Assembly (NCBI GenBank): GCA_003344405.1
Contig: NOWV01000136.1
Span: 62,001-126,000 of the forward strand
DNA from: Trichoplax sp. H2
Lineage: Eukaryota
Length of the DNA: 64,000 nt
Direction: 5' to 3'
The notes under the pieces are model-generated. The model was given only the letters and a program-made list of their open reading frames with translations. It ran no database searches and was not told the origin of the DNA. Shown here piece after piece: positions 57,423 through 64,000 of this stretch (within the stretch, counting starts at the first letter, position 1; each line of letters opens with the position of its first letter). The position numbers and the translations under genes were made by a program.

Positions 57423-57884
57423 AAAGATTAGTCAACGAATAGAGTATACTAGTCAATAACAGTAAACCTAAAACCGACTTTTAATATAATAGCTCTGGCA
57501 GCCTTGTACTATAATTCGTTTGTAAACCAGGTGAACATTATAATTCTTTGCTAATTCTTCATGGTTCATAATTTCGATATGTGCGTTGTTTAGTGGTCTT
57601 CGCATATTCTTTCATTTCTTATTCAATAAAGTATAACGGCACTTTATTTCATAACTTGTATGCAATCTGTTGCTACATTGTACAGACTATCGGTTTATGC
57701 TTTACATGAATTTCTTTTGATGTACATTAGTCTCTATCTTAGCAATTACCTAAGCAAATCGGACTATACTCCTCCTCCCTTCAAATTTTGTCTGAATGAT
57801 ATTTTCGTTGCCAGTTTATGGCACTACACAAGACTATACCATACAGGAAATACGAAAAAGTTTTTGGACATTTTAGTTCATGAT

Positions 57885-57898
57885 GTTACCCTAGCAAC
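57885..57898. promoter_or_regulatory. Consensus RFX X-box with no adjacent gene start
   Basis: GTTACCCTAGCAAC fits GTTRCC-N2-RGYAAC and lies between two convergent 3' ends. Confidence 0.35.
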
Positions 57899-58569
57899 GT
57901 AACGTTAATATACCCAGTTTAAATTTGACAGCCTAATAATTAATTCTTACGGTACGAGGGAACTGAGTTAGCGATAAGATATTCCACCAATACGCCTCCG
58001 TATCTTATTCCAAACGGAGGTTTTGAGAGATGTAGTGCTTCTACAGCATAAAAACTCCTTTTTGTACGATCGCAATTTTAACGTCAGGTTACTTTTTCTA
58101 CAGTGTAATAGCGTACAGAGCATGATAACGAGTTAAACTGATATCCAAAGATTAAAATGTTTAATTTAAACTTTCTTATCTTTTCGTCTATTTTATGTTA
58201 TTCATTTGTACGCGTACAAAGATAAACAGCTCTACTTTGCAAATTATTACCACCATTTTTAAATCTTTTTATTTTTCTCCAACACAGCTTTCAATGGCAT
58301 CTTCGTACCACTATAGTAAGATATGCGAATATCATATTGAACAAAAACATTCCATAATTTAACTTTCATAACATGAACTGGGATGATGATAAATAATTAT
58401 TACAAGAGGTCGATAACAGTGCTCTAGATATAGGAAAGTTAAAAAATTTAGCATAGTTGTCAGTACATAGATAATACTTAAATAAATAAACTAAATGAAA
58501 CCGTTGTTGAATATATTCGTATGTAATCTTTTAACCAGTACTTCAATTTGATTCGACGATACAGTACCG

Positions 58570-59658
58570 CTATGAATCATCATAAGGCAAGTTATTGTGA
58601 CCAGTTACATTCTTAGTAGATTCCTTCTTGATATGATACCTCATTAATCCAGCGTTGTAGGCAAATACAACGAGCATAAGAAAGTAAGTTGAAAAGATCG
58701 TTGGCACAGTTAGATTGGTGATGTCTATTCGCTCTATAGCATCAGATATCAATGCATCAAGTTGGAACTTGATCAAAATTAAAGTAAACACATATATCCA
58801 ATGCCGACTGTGACCAAGTTTATCAAAAGTACCAGGCCAATAGTATTCCGGAAATTTCAAAATGTACGCTAAGACAATGATACAAAAGAAAACCAATTGC
58901 CAAGTAAATAAGGGTAGTGACAACCAATTGCAATCAATGGGTAAGCAAGAAGTAAATCTTAATATAAGGAAAACATGACTGATTGTTGCCATCCAAAAAT
59001 AAGTTGACAAGTGAATTGCTCTCAACCAAGTTGCATTGATATTACGTTGGTAATGACTAAGATTTAATATGGTAGTGGATAACATTGCCAAAAGAGCAGT
59101 TGTGTAAAGATATAGTTGCATGTAAGGGAAAATAGCAGGTCTCGAAAAGTGATACAGAGCTATTGATAAGCCCACGTAGAATATTGTTGTTGACGATCGA
59201 TATAGAAACATAACTCTACCTCTCGCTGGTTCAGAAGTTGCTGATAGCAAATGAGATAGTAACAGAGCAATAAAATAACATAAAGCACCACATGCATAAC
59301 ACATCAAGGGATAAGCTCTTCCATCATACCAAAAAGCAACATTGTGTAGATGTTTCACTAGCCTTACAGTTAAATAGATGCAATTGATGAAGCACAGCCA
59401 TACGTTGATACAGTCATTGTTGAATGACAAAGTGCTCAAGATACATTCTATCACAGTTAAGTCGCTTTCTCGATAGCCGTAAATGATATAGGATCGTTGG
59501 TAAGGAGCGGTTACTTCGCTGCGATTGTAAGTATTTCTCCATCGATATTTTTGATAATCTCTCCGACAATGGGCTAGGCAGCTGGCTACTTTTGCATACC
59601 AATCACGTAGGCAATTGCGTAACTTGTCTTTCAGGGTCATAATATGGTATAATGGCAT
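58570..59658 (-). CDS. PAQR / haemolysin-III family 7-TM protein (membrane progestin receptor-like), single coding exon, divergent
   Basis: 362-aa ORF with YIIYGYR, NDCINVW, multiple hydrophobic helices and the PAQR hallmark FPEYYWPGTFDKLGHS. Confidence 0.88.
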   Translation of the reverse strand: MPLYHIMTLKDKLRNCLRDWYAKVASCLAHCRRDYQKYRWRNTYNRSEVTAPYQRSYIIYGYRESDLTVIECILSTLSFNNDCINVWLCFINCIYLTVRLVKHLHNVAFWYDGRAYPLMCYACGALCYFIALLLSHLLSATSEPARGRVMFLYRSSTTIFYVGLSIALYHFSRPAIFPYMQLYLYTTALLAMLSTTILNLSHYQRNINATWLRAIHLSTYFWMATISHVFLILRFTSCLPIDCNWLSLPLFTWQLVFFCIIVLAYILKFPEYYWPGTFDKLGHSRHWIYVFTLILIKFQLDALISDAIERIDITNLTVPTIFSTYFLMLVVFAYNAGLMRYHIKKESTKNVTGHNNLPYDDS

Positions 59659-62600
59659 TGATTTCGAAAAGGAAGATAAAAAACTGTTGATAAAATAAAG
59701 AAATTAAATTGCTGACGAAACACTTTCAATCAATATCGGAATTTTTTCAGAGTGAATGATTAAAATACTTAATCCATGAGCACCATGTTGAAGGTTCAAT
59801 CAGGAGTCCACAAATGAATTCAGCCTTGATTAATCATGATTGTTTGTTGATCAACCACTCGAGTGATCACCTTAACATTCATTGGCAGTTCGCTTTAGTC
59901 ATTACTACAAATAATAGCTAACTTGTCTACGCTGAGCAAAGTAGTAGCCAGTTGAGAAAGATATTCTTTTGGCGCCTTAGACGATTGTTGGCTTCCTTGA
60001 TCGTCGTACTAAACTGGAAATCAATTTAAAGTCGATTTTACGTCGTCAATCTCGTCAATTTATAGCTTCATTACGTTCGGGAGAAAGGTGTTATTTATCA
60101 TCCAGAGTGATCTGCTGTACTTTCCTGTAGTTCTGCGCTATTGTATTACTTGATTGATGCTTGTGGTTATTCTTCTACTATTTATTAATTCAGTAAAAGC
60201 AGTTATTAATGATGATCATCCAGCAAGGAAAGGATTCTGTAGGATAGCGTACGCGGGTACTCCTTCGTATAATAATACTGACTCAAAAATTGGCGAGGCA
60301 TGGACGGTTGTGACGGACTATACTGTACTGTACTGTAGAAAAATTGCATTTAGCACTGTCGAGATTTTCAACTTCTGACTAATTTTATGGGAAAAATTTC
60401 CAATATCGAGAGAAATAAGAACCCAATTGGCATTCCTGAGTTAGTAGCCTACATATAAATATAGTATTGATCTAGTTTGGGCCTGATTTAACTTACACAA
60501 TTCTATTTTTTCACGGTGCTATGGAAAATAATCAGACTGTACTATATACTACAGTACAGCAGTCGCTTTCTTTTCTTGCCTTTCCTACCCTTGAACTATA
60601 CTGTACTGTACGCTGTGTTTATTTTGTTTTCAGATTGCCAAAATCCTTTCTCGAGGTACTTTAAATGATGAAAAATGCCTATCAATTGCATACCAATTAC
60701 CTACGGGTACATAAGAATATTTAACTTAATGTAGTTTGTTTAATTATGAACAAGATTCTGAAAGCAAAATATACACAGCTGTACATAGTATCACTACGTA
60801 CATTGCAGATACACGATTGTGCGTACTGTGTCGACTGAACATACTATCTTGCTAAAACTTGTCAAAGGTAATCTTAATCATGGACTACTAAACAAAATTT
60901 TCAACTGGTCTACACTAGATGACTATTAGCACTGTATGATGTGGGCCAGCGTTCGTTATTTACTATCGATTTTGATGACAGGATACAGAACATTGTTATT
61001 GGATACATACGGTGTATTGGCAATCACATCGTTTAAATAAATTATTTTATTAAATGTTGGTTACTTTTACAGCAAACATACAAATTATAAATTTATATTA
61101 AGTTCTTCAATTTCAGCAACTTTGCAGGTTGATATTTTGACAAGCAAGCATTCACTCGCTATGTTTCACGTTAGTGTTGTACTGATCAAGAGGATAGAAA
61201 CTACTACCGACTGTCCTACAATCGGTAGAGACTAACGAGAGGGACAATAAATAAATAAAATACTTCACAGTCAGCACTCTGTAGTCAGACTTAGCATTGA
61301 CGAATGCGATGATTTGGACTGCCAAAGAGTCTTATGAGACTACAGCAATCATGGACTTTTCCCTTCAAAGTGTCTGCTACAGGAAGTATAGTACTAAGAA
61401 AGAGAAGGAGGAGAAGTGGCCGTTCAGCGCAAATAATGTAGAGGCTATCATTTTTTTGGTCATTCTACTATATGCTATCAACGAAATCGCCTGTCATACT
61501 GCACAAAACCAATTTAGCACCTCAGGTGGATGTCAATCATGGACATTACAGTACTGCAAACATTAATAATCTCTTCTTTCTACAGGAAAGAGCCTCCACG
61601 ACGTAATATCTGCCAATCCTAGTCGACGCTTGCAGGTTGTAGGCATTAAACCTGCCAACGCTTGTACCAGTGATTGATCGAATTATAGTATTACGTATTC
61701 TAACGGAGAGGGGTACCAAATGCTGACATCATGCTTCCCTAACGATGATCCAAAATACAATTCTTTACTTAATGCCATCTGGCTCAAGTCGTTAACAAAT
61801 GCACTATTTTCAACTTATTAACTGAGTTGTCCTTGCCAGATTACTGTAAGTCGTAGATTCGTATCTACGCGTATTAGCTAGAAGTACTATGAAGTTATCT
61901 AGCGCAATCGAGAACTGTATGTGGGTCAAAGTTGTCAGTACAGTAGATGATCGAATACACCAATTTCTATCTCTTTAAGTAGGGTTATACCATCTTGCTA
62001 AAGGTTACTTCGACTAACAAATCATGGCACTTCGATAGAGTAGCTACAGTATGCTGTAAATACCGTACCATTAAGTAATCCAGCACAAATCGAGTCCTAT
62101 AGGTGGTTCAATATTGTCACTACATAACAAAATATACCCATTTCTGCCACATAAATAGGATTGCACTATTTTATTTAACCTTAATTCCATTTAAAAATCA
62201 TGGCACTTCAATGAATCTCTACGAAAACAGCTAAAGCAATAGTAGTTTTCAAAATATCTTTGCTGATCAATAGACGGTCTGGAAGAAATCTAGAATAATG
62301 GCATGTTTTTCTCAGAAACATATGTAACATATTTAATCATCTTGAATAGGCATCTTCGTACTCTCTCGGAAAGAAATTCCGGTAGAATTAGCATATACCT
62401 TTATTGTGATCAGTCCTTAATGATCTTGAAGAGGCTAAGACATTTTTGTTACTGAAATCTTGCACAATTACTGAATATTTATGTCATTTTTATTTGTATA
62501 TGCTACAGACAGGTATTGTCTATGTGTATTATAGTAGCACGAACAAAAAATACCTACCTCTACGGATTTTCAGATGTTTTTAATTAATGTTTAATCATTA

Positions 62601-64000
62601 GACCACCTCTATAATCAGTCTTAGTACAGGTGCCATGCCAATCGCAAAAAAACATTATTCATACATTTACCGCAAGGTAACTGCACATTAAAGCCAAGCT
62701 TCTGGTTGTAAGAAACTGTACTGTAAGTATCTAAAATAATATCAAATTTTCACTTCCACCGTCTACCCTATACCATGAACTATTAGAAATACTATAGTTT
62801 CTAGTAGCCCATATTCAAACCTTTGCCTATACAAAACTGGATACCGCAATTGTTCATGATTGATAATGATACTGTCTCAAACACCGTATATTAATCGTTC
62901 ATAACTGAAATCGAAAGCAAAATAATCATTTCAGATCCTATATCGACTATGATAAAGTTAGGTACTAGACAACGTGTAGGCAATGGCCATTATATAATCA
63001 ACTAGACTATTTCTATAGTATAATATTGTAATTACAAGACATGCTACCGGCAATAGTTTCATAGTACCCTGTAAAATCATATAAGGCCATAGTCCATCTA
63101 CGCGTATATTAATAATAAATACTGTATATCCCATATAAAAGAATACTATTTATTAATGGATATGTACTTTGGATATTTGATATGCTACCGGTTATGGTAT
63201 CACAGTACTCGATACTGTAAAATTGTATAAAGTCGTAGTCTATTCACATTAATCTACCGCATATTAGGGGATGTCATTTATTTTTTAGTGTGTTCATATA
63301 TATATACTTTAGATATATTGATGCGTTATAATGGCTATCTTTCCACGTGGAATTACATTTTATGGTATTACGCTTCTATCCAACGTGGTATAGAGTATAT
63401 TTATAGGTGACAAAATGTAATCTACGACACTTATTTCCGCTAGCCGTGTTAGATAAATCAATGACTAACAATTAATAAGCAAATTTACGAACTATAATTT
63501 AATTTAATGTCAATCATTGTCAATTGACATTGAAGCTATCAATAGTATTTTATTATTTGCTTTAAGATCAAGAAAATACGTACGGTATTTTAAATTAAGA
63601 GCATTATAAAGCAATATCATACTCAGTTGTATAAACCAAACGTTGCTGTTCGTGAATGATTTATTAATTTTCGACCAATCTAATCGTGAAAATAAATGGC
63701 GTGATGTCAAATTGCCTGTACTTTATTTGACAGAGGTTATACCGTACTATGGAGAAGTAAGATTAAGAACATAATTTCGAAAGAAAGATACACTTTCTAA
63801 AATGATATGAAATACTATGAATAGTAGTTAGTAAAATGATTCACAGTAATATTAGCCAGTATCCTAGTTTCAACAGTTACTGGCATAAAACAGTTTTAAA
63901 AATTTTACCATGCCCTACAAGATTTTACTTTAATAATGAATGCATAATAACGATCATTCATTATAAAGTATAGCCTCATAGATTAATAAAGGATACGAAG

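Overview
AT-rich, gene-dense eukaryotic DNA with many short GT-AG introns. The style resembles a compact early-branching animal genome such as a placozoan (Trichoplax-like); this is inference only. Splicing by hand supports eight protein genes: 5'-truncated TRMT61A (+), vigilin/HDLBP (-), a very long Sfi1-repeat protein (+), DDI1/2 (-), LRRC34 (+), PEX14 (-), PSMC2/Rpt1 (+) and a single-exon PAQR receptor (-). The 12 kb between vigilin and the Sfi1-like gene holds CAGTA/TACTG simple repeats, degenerate tandem repeats and what looks like a decayed RRM-type pseudogene. Two 20-N gaps are each flanked by near-identical blocks differing in repeat copy number, most likely uncollapsed alleles. Best observations: a PAQR lacking most Zn-site residues, a minisatellite whose unit is a 3' splice site inside a GC-AG intron, RFX X-boxes (one at LRRC34, one orphan), and palindromic CAGTA arrays near gene 5' ends. 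I found no convincing wholly new multi-gene system.
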